A DNA stretch of 64,000 nt from Patescibacteria group bacterium. Lineage in GTDB: Bacteria > Patescibacteriota > Minisyncoccia > Phycocordibacterales > UBA918. The position numbers were made by a program, and so were the translations under genes. Location of the stretch: contig JAIELQ010000007.1 of assembly GCA_019752815.1 (NCBI GenBank), positions 40,922-104,921 on the forward strand. The letters are read 5' to 3'. A model generated the notes under the pieces. The model saw nothing but the letters and a program-made list of their open reading frames with translations, did no database searches and had not been told where the DNA came from. Below, one piece after another: positions 9,164 to 18,767 of this stretch (the first letter of the stretch is position 1; every line of letters begins with the position of its first letter).

Positions 9164-9943
9164 ATGATACGGACCCGAAACTTTTTTCTCTTTGTGTTGC
9201 TAGTGGCGTTTTTAATTGGGGGTATTTTGTTGACGCTTTGGTTTAGTGCATCAACGGTCCAGCAGGAGCAGTATGCAGACATGATATTTGGTGGTGACAA
9301 CACCGCTACTATGACTGCCGAGGTGGTGACTCCAGAAGATACTCGACAAAGTCGTTTAGCCAGTTTGCGTGCCAAGCTTGCTAAATACACTGATGTAGCG
9401 ATGGCACCAAGTGTCGAGGAGGTGTCTGTTGAAACTACTAACAGTGAGAATGCGACGACAACAGATGAAGCTCCAGGCAAAGCAACAGCAGATGTATGTG
9501 CAAATTATGGTGCGACTGCTGTCCCAGCCCTCAATGGACAGTTAACGTACGGGGAAAGCGGGGGGCAGCGAACGTTTGGTACAGTGGGCACGACTGAACC
9601 GACTGGCTCATCAACCGTCCCGGCAACTACGGTAGCTACAGTGTTTGTATTGCCACTGCGGACCACTGCCTTGCCGTCACCGTCATGTATTGCGAGTGAC
9701 ATAGTGGCGGTTACACCAACGGGCTCACCAATCAGAAATACTGATTATGCAAAATATCGAGGCGTGGGCGAAGCAACCTTAATTGGATATACGATTGATG
9801 GTTTCGAACTATATGGAGCGAGTAGTAACCTGCAAACTGATGCCTGTGGTGGAACAACTGTTTCGGGAGTCTATCGCTACTATCTCTCAAGCGAACGAGA
9901 CACCGTTCTCAATTGTTTTGCAGCGATACCCGTAGCCTTGTAA
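9164..9943 (+). CDS. Hypothetical membrane-anchored secreted protein (Thr/Gly-rich)
   Basis: N-terminal TM helix. No recognisable catalytic motif. Confidence 0.4.
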   Translation: MIRTRNFFLFVLLVAFLIGGILLTLWFSASTVQQEQYADMIFGGDNTATMTAEVVTPEDTRQSRLASLRAKLAKYTDVAMAPSVEEVSVETTNSENATTTDEAPGKATADVCANYGATAVPALNGQLTYGESGGQRTFGTVGTTEPTGSSTVPATTVATVFVLPLRTTALPSPSCIASDIVAVTPTGSPIRNTDYAKYRGVGEATLIGYTIDGFELYGASSNLQTDACGGTTVSGVYRYYLSSERDTVLNCFAAIPVAL

Positions 9944-9962
9944 CGATTGCCAAGTCACTACC

Positions 9963-10694
9963 ATGCGTACCCTCATCTTTGATATCGAAACAGTAGGGGA
10001 AGTATGGGAAGATTTTGATGAGGTAACACAACGTGTGTTAACCAGATGGATTGATCGTTCAGTAAAAAATAATGAGGAACGTGATTTGCAACTCAAGGAT
10101 TTGCGTGAGGGCTTAGGTTTCTCACCATTGACTGGTCACATAGTTGCAATTGGGGTTTATGATTTAGAGAGATCGCAAGGTGCGGTGTATTACGTTGGTA
10201 ACGGTAATGAAGTCGACGATGAGGTGGGAGATTTTATCTACAAGAAGCGAACCGAAGCAGAAATGCTGCAAGAGTTCTGGGACGGTGCACGTGAATACGA
10301 CACATTTGTCACATTTAATGGTCGATCGTTTGATATCCCGTTTATTAACCACCGCAGTGTAGTCCATCGGATTACACCCAGTCGGGAACTAATGAAATAT
10401 CGGTACCTTTCTCAACAATCGGCACCATATCATATTGATTTACAAGATGAGCTCACCTGGTATGGGGCGATGATCAAGCGCCCAAGCCTGCATTTATTTT
10501 GCCGTGCCTATGGTATCACGAGTCCTAAAGGTGACGGTATTAGTGGTGATGATGTTGCAGGATTGTTTGCTCAAAAAAAGTTCCGCGAGATTGCGCAGTA
10601 TAATACCCGTGATGTAGTTGCGACTAAGGAGTTGTATGAGTTATGGTTCAAAAATTTAGCTCCCACGAGTTTTCTTAATATGCTTGATTTTTAA
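9963..10694 (+). CDS. RNase H-like 3'-5' exonuclease domain protein (YprB/PolB-exo-like)
   Basis: MRTLIFDIETVGE is exo motif I with DxE. FNGRSFDIPF is motif II, and there is a C-terminal Y...D region. Confidence 0.6.
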   Translation: MRTLIFDIETVGEVWEDFDEVTQRVLTRWIDRSVKNNEERDLQLKDLREGLGFSPLTGHIVAIGVYDLERSQGAVYYVGNGNEVDDEVGDFIYKKRTEAEMLQEFWDGAREYDTFVTFNGRSFDIPFINHRSVVHRITPSRELMKYRYLSQQSAPYHIDLQDELTWYGAMIKRPSLHLFCRAYGITSPKGDGISGDDVAGLFAQKKFREIAQYNTRDVVATKELYELWFKNLAPTSFLNMLDF

Positions 10695-10740
10695 CAAAAA
10701 ATGTAGTTCAATCAACACAGAAACATTGTGGGAGATTTCA

Positions 10741-11145
10741 ATGGGAGTTTGGTGGCAAGATGTCAGTGTGCGTGTGCCTAAGCAGGTCGTTCGGTTTGAG
10801 GGCGATACATCAGCGATTTCAAAACGATTGCCTGTATTCTGGCGGTTTGGTCAAGATTGGCATTGTCTGAGTGTGTCTGGTGATTACGAGTCTGGCTACC
10901 GTCTCTATTTTTCAACTGGTCATCATCAGATGTCGCACAGGGCACTCATCAGAGCCAGGTTTGTGATGGTTCGAGAAGGTAGAGAGCCTGTTGTATTTTG
11001 GGCGGAAGATGAGTACGGTAAGCAGCTTGAGTTGCTCAAAACTGGACGCATGGTTCCAGCTCATTGGCACAGACCTGACCGTTCAAGTCCAGATGCAACT
11101 CGCATGTCTCTGCTCAAAGAAATGGGTGACATTACTTGGGTCTGA
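10741..11145 (+). CDS. Hypothetical protein
   Basis: ORF with an ATG start (MGVWWQDV...). No family recognised. Confidence 0.35.
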   Translation: MGVWWQDVSVRVPKQVVRFEGDTSAISKRLPVFWRFGQDWHCLSVSGDYESGYRLYFSTGHHQMSHRALIRARFVMVREGREPVVFWAEDEYGKQLELLKTGRMVPAHWHRPDRSSPDATRMSLLKEMGDITWV

Positions 11146-11155
11146 GTTATTAAGT

Positions 11156-11185
11156 AAAGGCGCGCCCACAAGCGCGCCTTTTGTT
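11156..11185 (+). terminator. Rho-independent terminator
   Basis: aggcgcgc-ccacaa-gcgcgcct followed by tttt. Confidence 0.65.
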
Positions 11186-11196
11186 ATACTTTCAAT

Positions 11197-11757
11197 ATGA
11201 AAATACTCGCCATAGCCGACCGACCGCCGAAAAAAGCAATTAGTGAAATCGTTTTGGAAGAAAAGATTGACCTCATTATTACCTTGGGAGACCTTGAGTA
11301 TACTGAAATTGCTGAATTAGAGTATATAAAAGATATTCCTAAAATTGGCGTATACGGTAACCACAGCACGCCCGGTTATATGGAGCTATTAGGTATCACT
11401 AATCTTCATCTGGCAACAACTGAAATCAATAGAGTTACTTTTGGTGGTTTTGAGGGTTCACATAAGTACAAAAAAGATGAATTTGCAAAAATGTATACCC
11501 AAGATGAGGCGTTAGGGCTCATGAGTGAATTTCCCTACGTTGATGTATTTATTGCTCACTCACCGCCAGCGGGAATCAATGATGAAGATGATCCGGCGCA
11601 TCAGGGATTGTTGGCATTACGGCAGTATCTAGATAGGAATAAACCCAGATATTTTTTACATGGACACACCTACCCAACTCAAGCAAACATTGTTACTGAA
11701 TACAATGGCACTCAAATAATATACGTGACCGCAGATCAAGTAATGACTTTAATCTAA
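11197..11757 (+). CDS. Calcineurin-like metallophosphoesterase (YfcE-like)
   Basis: MKILAIAD, LIITLGDLEY, GNHS and LHGHTY are the classic phosphoesterase metal-ligand motifs. Confidence 0.7.
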   Translation: MKILAIADRPPKKAISEIVLEEKIDLIITLGDLEYTEIAELEYIKDIPKIGVYGNHSTPGYMELLGITNLHLATTEINRVTFGGFEGSHKYKKDEFAKMYTQDEALGLMSEFPYVDVFIAHSPPAGINDEDDPAHQGLLALRQYLDRNKPRYFLHGHTYPTQANIVTEYNGTQIIYVTADQVMTLI

Positions 11758-11811
11758 AATATTTAAATCGGTTATAGCTTCAAGTGCATTACGTCTGATA
11801 CAATTATAAAT

Positions 11812-12444
11812 ATGAAATCAATCCTGGCGTTATTGGCAGATTTTGCAAATGGAATTTTTGCGGTATTGATTGCCTGTGCAGTCTACGACATATCACCTCA
11901 ATGGTGGTATTTTTTAATCGGGTTGCCACTGGCGATGTTGCCAGACATTGATGCGATTCCAGAGTTGTTAAAACGGGGGAGAGTTAGTAGTGATGCAAGC
12001 TATACACGTGATCATAGAACATTTTTACATTACCCAATTATCTCTGTCGTTATCTTCACACCGGTATTTTTATATGGTGGTTTTTGGGGTTTGGTGGTGG
12101 TACTGGCTGTGTTGCTCCATCTACTCAACGATTTGTACGGGACAGGCTGGGGGTTGCAGCTTCTATGGCCGCTATCTACCCGACACTACAAATTTTTTGG
12201 TCGTCGGGCCAATCGATTGCGGTCAATGTTGGCTGACGGTGGGTATTTGCAGGAGCTTCCTATAGAAGAAACAAAATTACGTTTTATGGTGTCATGGTCA
12301 AAAGCCGAATTGGCAGATTATATTACCCGATTTGGGGTGGATAATTGGATTATTCATTGGTATTTGCGACCTAATTGGGTGTCTGTGGTAGAGTATTCAT
12401 TATTCCTGATAGCCACAACGCTGATGATTGTAAGTCTTGTTTAA
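11812..12444 (+). CDS. Membrane-bound metal-dependent hydrolase (DUF457/YdjM-like)
   Basis: Polytopic protein with HRTFLHYP and LLHLLNDLYGTGWGLQLLWPLS, as in the DUF457 family. Confidence 0.5.
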   Translation: MKSILALLADFANGIFAVLIACAVYDISPQWWYFLIGLPLAMLPDIDAIPELLKRGRVSSDASYTRDHRTFLHYPIISVVIFTPVFLYGGFWGLVVVLAVLLHLLNDLYGTGWGLQLLWPLSTRHYKFFGRRANRLRSMLADGGYLQELPIEETKLRFMVSWSKAELADYITRFGVDNWIIHWYLRPNWVSVVEYSLFLIATTLMIVSLV

Positions 12445-12446
12445 CT

Positions 12447-12578
12447 ATGAAAAAAACATTTCCCGAAGGATTTTATTGGGGTGAGAAAGTGCATAGGTAC
12501 TTTCGCAAGACCTTGCCTAGTATTTTTGTAAAAAATACTGACAAGGTGTACAGCTTCTGTAAGAAGGGCCACTTTTAA
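12447..12578 (+). pseudogene. Duplicated 5' end of the GH1 gene. The first 12 codons (MKKTFPEGFYWG) are fused to element-derived sequence, giving a 43-aa ORF.
   Basis: The 35-nt string atgaaaaaaacatttcccgaaggattttaYtgggg occurs at both 12447 and 12582. The family-A repeat sits between the two copies. Confidence 0.5.
12481..12570 (+). repeat. Family-A structured intergenic repeat (copy A1)
   Basis: gtgagaaagt-hairpin-ctttcgcaaga-hairpin(tttttgtaaaaaa)-tgtacagcttctgtaagaag. Collinear with the copies at 49763-49844 and 52072-52157. Confidence 0.65.
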
Positions 12579-12581
12579 CAT

Positions 12582-13808
12582 ATGAAAAAAACATTTCCCG
12601 AAGGATTTTACTGGGGATCGGCTACGGCAAGTTACCAAGTCGAAGGAGGTATTGAAAACACTGATTGGGCCCAAGCTGCCCGTGAAGGTCGCGTGCCAGA
12701 ATGTGGCGTTGCCTGTGAACACTTCACCCGTTATGAAGCCGATTTTGATTTAGCCAAGGAATTGGGACACACTGCCCATCGGTTGTCGGTTGAGTGGGCG
12801 CGCATTGAACCAGTGCCGGGTGAATTTGATTCGCAAGCAATTGCACACTATAGGCGGGTACTCGAGGCGCTACATGCTCGTAAACTAAAACCCTATGTAA
12901 CAATTTGGCATTTCACCCAGCCGTTATGGTTTAGTGAGAAAGGTGGTTTTGAACAAAAAAATGCCCCGCAAATTTTTGCTCGGTACAGTGCGCATGTGGT
13001 ACGAGAATTGGGGGATTTATGTGACCATTTTTCGACCATGAACGAACCAAATGTGTTTGCAAGTAATGGCTGGCTCCGCGGTTCATGGCCACCATTTAAA
13101 CGGTTTGCGATTACCGACATGGTGTCGATTACTAATTCCGGCAAGATGCTTGATTCCAAGGCTAGTAAAGGATTTAAACCACTTTTTTTGTACTTCCGGG
13201 TGATGAAGAATTTAGCTCTGGCGCACAATGCGGCCTACCACGCAATTAAAAAAGTGTCTCCACAGACAGAAGTTAGTTTTGTGCATCATGTGATTGTATT
13301 TGATGCGAATTGGAATCCTTTTAATAAAATAAAAGCTTGGATTGCAAATTATATGTGGACGTATAAGTTTTTGAATCGCACAAAAAACTGCTGTGACTCC
13401 TTGGGACTTAACTACTATTTTTATACCCAATTTGGCGACAAGCGGGTGTGGCGCAAGACGGACATGGATTGGAACTTTGCGCCAGAAAAAATTGAGGTGG
13501 CGCTGTTGATGTTGGCCAAAACAAAGCTACCGTTGTTTGTCAGCGAAGGGGGTGTAGCTGATGCGGTCGATAGTATGCGGGCTGAGTATATCAAGCTTCA
13601 AGTTCTCGGTACCTGGCGCGCCATCCAACAAGGAGCTGATGTGCGGGGACATATGTACTGGTCCTTGTTGGATAACTACGAATGGGCGTTGGGGTTTGGG
13701 ATGCGCTTTGGATTGATTGCGGTTGATTATGAAAATCAAGTACGGACACCACGACCGTCTGCTTACGTGTATAAACAAATTTGTGAAAGCAATGCTGTAG
13801 TAGAATAA
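12582..13808 (+). CDS. Glycoside hydrolase family 1 beta-glucosidase
   Basis: FPEGFYWGSATASYQVEGG is the GH1 N-terminal signature. TMNEPN carries the acid/base Glu and FVSEGG the nucleophile Glu. Confidence 0.9.
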   Translation: MKKTFPEGFYWGSATASYQVEGGIENTDWAQAAREGRVPECGVACEHFTRYEADFDLAKELGHTAHRLSVEWARIEPVPGEFDSQAIAHYRRVLEALHARKLKPYVTIWHFTQPLWFSEKGGFEQKNAPQIFARYSAHVVRELGDLCDHFSTMNEPNVFASNGWLRGSWPPFKRFAITDMVSITNSGKMLDSKASKGFKPLFLYFRVMKNLALAHNAAYHAIKKVSPQTEVSFVHHVIVFDANWNPFNKIKAWIANYMWTYKFLNRTKNCCDSLGLNYYFYTQFGDKRVWRKTDMDWNFAPEKIEVALLMLAKTKLPLFVSEGGVADAVDSMRAEYIKLQVLGTWRAIQQGADVRGHMYWSLLDNYEWALGFGMRFGLIAVDYENQVRTPRPSAYVYKQICESNAVVE

Positions 13809-13815
13809 GGGTGTA

Positions 13816-14748
13816 ATGGCGTGGATACTACTGGCGACCCTGGGACAGTTCCTCAATGCTCTGGTGGCGTTTTTGGATAAGTACATAGTTTCTGACGAAG
13901 CGGCCCTGCCGAAGCCGTTTGTGTACGCATTTTATTCGTGCATATTAACCGGCGGTTGGGCAATTATCTATTTCCTCGGTTTTATTCCTGGATTGAGTGA
14001 AATTGGTTTTCCCCATTTTGAAAATGTACAGGCGCCGACTATTCAAGTAGTGGCGATGTCGTTTTTTGCGGCGTATACGTTTTTTATGGCGCTGGTGTCA
14101 ATGTATTCGGCACTGCGTAACGCCGAAGCGGTAAATGTAATGCCAGTAATTGGTGCGGTATCAGCTATTTCATCGTTTGGACTGGTGTATCTATTCCTTG
14201 ATGTAGCATTCTCACCAAATTTTATGTGGGGGGTAGTGGTACTGTCGCTGGGGACGCTTTTGGTAGCACAAACTATTCCAAAAATGGAAGATGTCATCCA
14301 TGTATTTCATAGTGGTATTTTCTTTGCGCTGCACTTTATTACGATGAAGGGGTTGTTCCTTGAGACCAACTTTGATGATGGATTCTTTTGGTCACGTATT
14401 TGTTTTGTATTGTTTGCGCTTTCATTGCTCTTGGTGCCAACCTATTATAAAAAAATTCGGGAACAAACGGGAGCTACTACTAAAAAAACTGGAGTTCTCG
14501 TTATTGCTACTAAAATCTTAGCTGGGGTAGCAGCGTTTATGTTACTCAAAGCGACCGATATGGGAGATGTGGCAGTTGTGCAGGCACTTGATGGCGTAAA
14601 GTTTGTGTTTATTCTTTTGATTACAATCATTTTTGCTTCGCTATTGCCTGACACGGTGGCCGTCCACGAACCAAAACCACGTGAGGTGATGCGACGGGTA
14701 TTGTATGTGATGGTGATTGCAGTAGGATATTTCATTCTCTTCACCTGA
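13816..14748 (+). CDS. Polytopic membrane protein, possibly a DMT/EamA-like transporter
   Basis: About 10 predicted TM segments. Starts 8 nt after the GH1 stop, so it is likely cotranscribed. Confidence 0.4.
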   Translation: MAWILLATLGQFLNALVAFLDKYIVSDEAALPKPFVYAFYSCILTGGWAIIYFLGFIPGLSEIGFPHFENVQAPTIQVVAMSFFAAYTFFMALVSMYSALRNAEAVNVMPVIGAVSAISSFGLVYLFLDVAFSPNFMWGVVVLSLGTLLVAQTIPKMEDVIHVFHSGIFFALHFITMKGLFLETNFDDGFFWSRICFVLFALSLLLVPTYYKKIREQTGATTKKTGVLVIATKILAGVAAFMLLKATDMGDVAVVQALDGVKFVFILLITIIFASLLPDTVAVHEPKPREVMRRVLYVMVIAVGYFILFT

Positions 14749-14752
14749 TAAG

Positions 14753-14866
14753 GCCTGAAAACGGCGTATTTCGTTGTTGCACTGCGTAAAATTTTGTTCA
14801 CCGTACGAAAAGTACGGCTCACGAAAATTTTACTTGTGCGCCTAGAACTACACTCGTTTTAAGGAC
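14753..14866 (+). repeat. Family-B MITE/REP-like element (copy 3)
   Basis: ctgaaaacggcg...cgttgttgcactgcgtaaaatttt...ccgtacgaaaagtacgg...aaaattttacttgtgcgcctagaactacactcgttttaagg. Both the terminal and the internal inverted repeats are present. Confidence 0.65.
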
Positions 14867-14927
14867 TTATCCAAAATTTAAAAAATACTATAAACCAGCC
14901 TGATATAATAATTATTAATAAAGATAT

Positions 14928-15959
14928 ATGAAATTAGCTCACGGGATGAAATGGCTTAAACGAATTTTAATAACACTTCTGGTGCTAACGGCTGTTGTTG
15001 CTGGGCTGTTGCTTTGGCTCGCGCAAAAATCGATACCAGAAACTATTACGTATGGGATGTCGTTTAACACTATGTATGCTCGTGAGTTGGGTCTTGACTG
15101 GCAGGAGACATACGATGCTATTTTAGACGAGTTAGGAGTGCGGCATTTGCGGTTAGCGGCTCACTGGCCAATGATCGAACCCGTACCCGGTACCTATAAT
15201 TTTGAGGAGCTTGATTACCAGATTGAAAAAGCTGAGGCGGTAGGAGCGACCGTGATTTTAGCAGTGGGACGACGATTGCCCCGTTGGCCGGAATGTCATG
15301 TGCCTGAATGGGCGCGTGACCAGTCATGGGAAGCTCAAAAAGCAGAGCTGGTAGATTATATTACGGCGGTGGTCACACGGTATAAGGATAGTCCAGCCGT
15401 CACAGTTTGGCAGGTTGAAAATGAGCCATATCTTAGTTTATTTGCTTTTGAACACTGTGGTCCGCTCGATGAAGAATTTTTGAAGCAAGAAATTGCTTTG
15501 GTAAAATCTCTTGATGGCACGCGGCCAATATTGGTAACTGATAGTGGGAATTTAGGAACGTGGAAAGGTGCATATAGAAATGGTGATATGTTTGGCACGA
15601 GTGTGTACGTGCATTTTTGGAATCCGGAACTGGGGCAATTTCGTACATTTCTACCGCCCTGGTTCTATCGGGTAAAAGAAAATGTGGTAGCACTATTCTA
15701 TGGCGAAAAACCGACGTACCTGATTGAACTCTCTGCTGAGCCCTGGCTTGTGGCACCAGTCGTAGAGGTTGATCTTGCGACCCAATTTACCCGGATGGAT
15801 ATTGATAAATTTAATGATATCTTAGCGTACGCTAAAGCTACACGGTACGACAAACAGTATTTATGGGGCGCAGAATGGTGGTATTGGCTTTTACTACAAA
15901 ACGAGCCTGCCATGTGGGAACGGGGTAAAGAGTTGTATGCAAACGGTGTAGTTGAATAA
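14928..15959 (+). CDS. Clan GH-A (GH5-like) glycoside hydrolase, membrane-anchored
   Basis: N-terminal TM segment; HLRLAAHWPMIEPVPGTYNF; WQVENEP carries the NEP acid/base Glu. TIM-barrel cellulase-like pattern. Confidence 0.6.
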   Translation: MKLAHGMKWLKRILITLLVLTAVVAGLLLWLAQKSIPETITYGMSFNTMYARELGLDWQETYDAILDELGVRHLRLAAHWPMIEPVPGTYNFEELDYQIEKAEAVGATVILAVGRRLPRWPECHVPEWARDQSWEAQKAELVDYITAVVTRYKDSPAVTVWQVENEPYLSLFAFEHCGPLDEEFLKQEIALVKSLDGTRPILVTDSGNLGTWKGAYRNGDMFGTSVYVHFWNPELGQFRTFLPPWFYRVKENVVALFYGEKPTYLIELSAEPWLVAPVVEVDLATQFTRMDIDKFNDILAYAKATRYDKQYLWGAEWWYWLLLQNEPAMWERGKELYANGVVE

Positions 15960-15964
15960 CGTGT

Positions 15965-16291
15965 ATGATTAAAAAAATAAACGACAACAAAACGCAGATT
16001 TTGCAATCAAGTAAACGGTTGACAGAAACTGCACTCAATACGGTTGACGGTGTAGTTACCAAAGCCACTACCGAAGTAGATACGTACATTAGCCCCATTC
16101 GGAGTTCTGTACTGCGTCGGTTCCCAGTTTTATTTTCCCTCCTGACAACACTCGGTGTAGCAACGACGTTCCTGGGCTTTGAAAAAATAGTTTCAACTAT
16201 TCCAGTACTTGATAAAAATCCAGTTATTATGTTGATACTTGGGATTATCATATTGGCGGCAACTGGTACACTGTATAAGAAATTATCGTAA
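15965..16291 (+). CDS. Hypothetical small membrane protein
   Basis: 108-aa ORF with a C-terminal hydrophobic segment. Confidence 0.35.
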   Translation: MIKKINDNKTQILQSSKRLTETALNTVDGVVTKATTEVDTYISPIRSSVLRRFPVLFSLLTTLGVATTFLGFEKIVSTIPVLDKNPVIMLILGIIILAATGTLYKKLS

Positions 16292-16604
16292 CGTATGAGT
16301 TTTTGGCATTTTGTATTTTCTTTTTTATATGTCCGTAATTGGCATACGGGTGAAAAAGAGCTCTCTCGCCCACGGGTGGCACTGTTTGCTGCCGGTGTTT
16401 TTTTGGTGCTGTTGTCGCTTTCACTCATTAGTTTTTTACAAACTCCGACAGTGTATGTGCCCTAGCTAATGTGTAGTATGTCAAAGATTTTTCTAGGGCT
16501 TCTTATCGTTGCGGTATGTACGGTGATCGTAGTCTTTACTTTGGTGCAGTTATCGATAAATTAATGTTGAGTTTTAGGAAAAAATAAGCAATACTAGGTA
16601 TATC

Positions 16605-17705
16605 ATGAAATATTTCTTGCTTGTTGCGTTGCTGGTTTTAATGCCGCTTGAGGGGTTGCTCGCAAATACGGTAGTACGTTCAGGCGAAACGGTCACGTTG
16701 ACTGCCAATCAATCAATTGATGGTAGTTTCTATGTGGTCGGAGGAACAGTGGCTCTATCGGGCAAAGTAGCTGGAGATACAACTATTATCGGCGGTAATG
16801 TTACGGTCGGGGGAGAATTAACTGAAGATCTGGCAATTTTAGCCGGGACGGTTAGTTTGCAGTCTCCAGTGACAGAAGATGTGCGCATTGTGGCTGGGCA
16901 AGTAACTATAACCGAAGATGTGGGCGGTAACTTGGTGGTGGTAGCAGGGAAATTAACTATTTCATCTGAAGCAAAAATTACCGGTGATGTTCTGTTTTAT
17001 GGTGGAGAGCTGGTGGTGGAGGGATCAATTGGTGGCAAGCTCTTGGGTGGTGCGGAAAATGTGCGGGTTGATACCGATGTGTTGGGTGGAATTGACATGA
17101 AGGCACGACAGTTAACATTGGGTGAGCAAGCTAATATAACTGGGAACGTTGAATATACCAGTGATGCTGATTTGGTGCGGGCGCCCGGAGCAGTAGTGAC
17201 GGGAGATGTGGTTAAAAATGCGCTGGTAACTGATGATGTGCAGGAAACCAATACTCGTTCTATTGCCATTATGTTTTTGGTGTCGTTATTTGCTACCCTC
17301 AGTTTGTACCTACTATTTAGACGACGGGTAGAATCGTTTGCTCAGTCCGTGCGCGCGGGGCTTTTGGTAAAAACGGTTGTTGGGTTTGTAACCGTATTCA
17401 TGGCTCCCTTATTAATTATAATTTTGATTGTCAGTATTCTGGGGTCATTAGTAGGATTAATTGCGTTATCCTTGTTTGCTCTACTACTCGCACTGAGTGT
17501 GCCACTTGTGGCGGTGACAGCCGGATCTCTTTTGGCTTCAATGATTGACGCAAAAAGTAAAATTACGGTACCGTACATTTTGCTTGGAGCGGTAGCGGTT
17601 CATATTAGTCTCCTCGTGCCGATATTTGGTGCAGTAGTAGTGATGTTCTTGTTCTTGGCAACAATCGGTTCACTCGTTGATCAGATCTATAAACGCGCAC
17701 GATAA
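16605..17705 (+). CDS. Secreted beta-helical repeat protein (bactofilin/DUF4097-like repeats) with a C-terminal multi-TM region
   Basis: Signal peptide; tandem G(D/N)V.V.G repeats (GGNVTVGGELTEDLAILAGTVSL...); four C-terminal TM helices. Confidence 0.5.
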   Translation: MKYFLLVALLVLMPLEGLLANTVVRSGETVTLTANQSIDGSFYVVGGTVALSGKVAGDTTIIGGNVTVGGELTEDLAILAGTVSLQSPVTEDVRIVAGQVTITEDVGGNLVVVAGKLTISSEAKITGDVLFYGGELVVEGSIGGKLLGGAENVRVDTDVLGGIDMKARQLTLGEQANITGNVEYTSDADLVRAPGAVVTGDVVKNALVTDDVQETNTRSIAIMFLVSLFATLSLYLLFRRRVESFAQSVRAGLLVKTVVGFVTVFMAPLLIIILIVSILGSLVGLIALSLFALLLALSVPLVAVTAGSLLASMIDAKSKITVPYILLGAVAVHISLLVPIFGAVVVMFLFLATIGSLVDQIYKRAR

Positions 17706-17721
17706 TAGTCATAGTGCCTTG

Positions 17722-17747
17722 AAAATAGCCCTTCACGGGCTTTTTTT
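17722..17747 (+). terminator. Rho-independent terminator
   Basis: agccc-ttca-cgggct followed by ttttttt. Confidence 0.65.
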
Positions 17748-17782
17748 CATGCGGTCCTAAAAATGCTATACTGAGGGTACAT

Positions 17783-18727
17783 ATGTGGAATAATTTCTGT
17801 GCGGTTGTCCTCGACTTGTTTTGGTTTGCACTTGGTGTCCGTCATAAACAAGAGATTTTTGTGTATGGAAATGCGGGGGAACAAGGTCTGTTTTCTCAGT
17901 ATAAACTCGCCGCTAACAATAGAGTAGAGCTGACGGCACCGGACAGCCCTATGTTCCTTGCCGCACCAACTACTCCACCCTTACTACCAATCAAAACAAT
18001 AGAATCAACTCATGCACAAACAACAGTGTCACACACAAAAGAAACAGAAGCCGTTGTTTCTGATTCAGCAATTCTGCACGCGCCGGTCGTGATGTATGTC
18101 TGCACTCACTCAGGGACGCCGTGTGTGCATGCACCGCAAATGGATTTTGATTCTGTAATTGAAATTCTGCCGTACGGTACTGCGGTGACGGTAATTGGGT
18201 ATCAAGGTCGCTTTGCCAGTGTGAATCGTTCTAACATTACAGGCTGGATAGACAAAGACGCCCTCACACCTCAGAAAAATACTGTATGGCCTTCATTTGT
18301 GTCTGGGGTGACGTATGGTGTCGATGCGCCAGAGACCATAATGACGCGTACGATTATTTCAGATATGTTTGGCGCTCATGAGCTTGGGCTACCGCTTCAA
18401 GCGGGTGAGTACATCACCGTGCGTTTAAAATCAGAACACCGCAGTATTTCCTGGAGTCGTAAACGGCCGCGTACAGCTGGTTCATGGGCGACGCTTTTGC
18501 GTGGGACTCTAGGTATCCATATTGGTGTAACGCCAAAGACAGATACAATTATGGAATGGCAAACCGAAGGAGGTGAAGGAAGACTGGGGTATGTCGAAGC
18601 GGTTGCTCCGGATCTCACGATTACCATCAGTGCTGTGGGGGTTGAAGAAGCAGGACGGTATACCGTAAAAACAATGACAGAGGAAATTTGGCGCGAATTA
18701 CGACCGGTTTTTATTGAGGTGGCGTAA
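17783..18727 (+). CDS. Hypothetical protein with an SH3b-like domain
   Basis: YGTAVTVIGYQGRFASVNRSNITGWIDKDAL resembles a bacterial SH3 domain. The start codon is uncertain. Confidence 0.4.
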   Translation: MWNNFCAVVLDLFWFALGVRHKQEIFVYGNAGEQGLFSQYKLAANNRVELTAPDSPMFLAAPTTPPLLPIKTIESTHAQTTVSHTKETEAVVSDSAILHAPVVMYVCTHSGTPCVHAPQMDFDSVIEILPYGTAVTVIGYQGRFASVNRSNITGWIDKDALTPQKNTVWPSFVSGVTYGVDAPETIMTRTIISDMFGAHELGLPLQAGEYITVRLKSEHRSISWSRKRPRTAGSWATLLRGTLGIHIGVTPKTDTIMEWQTEGGEGRLGYVEAVAPDLTITISAVGVEEAGRYTVKTMTEEIWRELRPVFIEVA

Positions 18728-18767
18728 CATTCTAGTAGATTTTTTTGTAACACGATATACTAGATAC

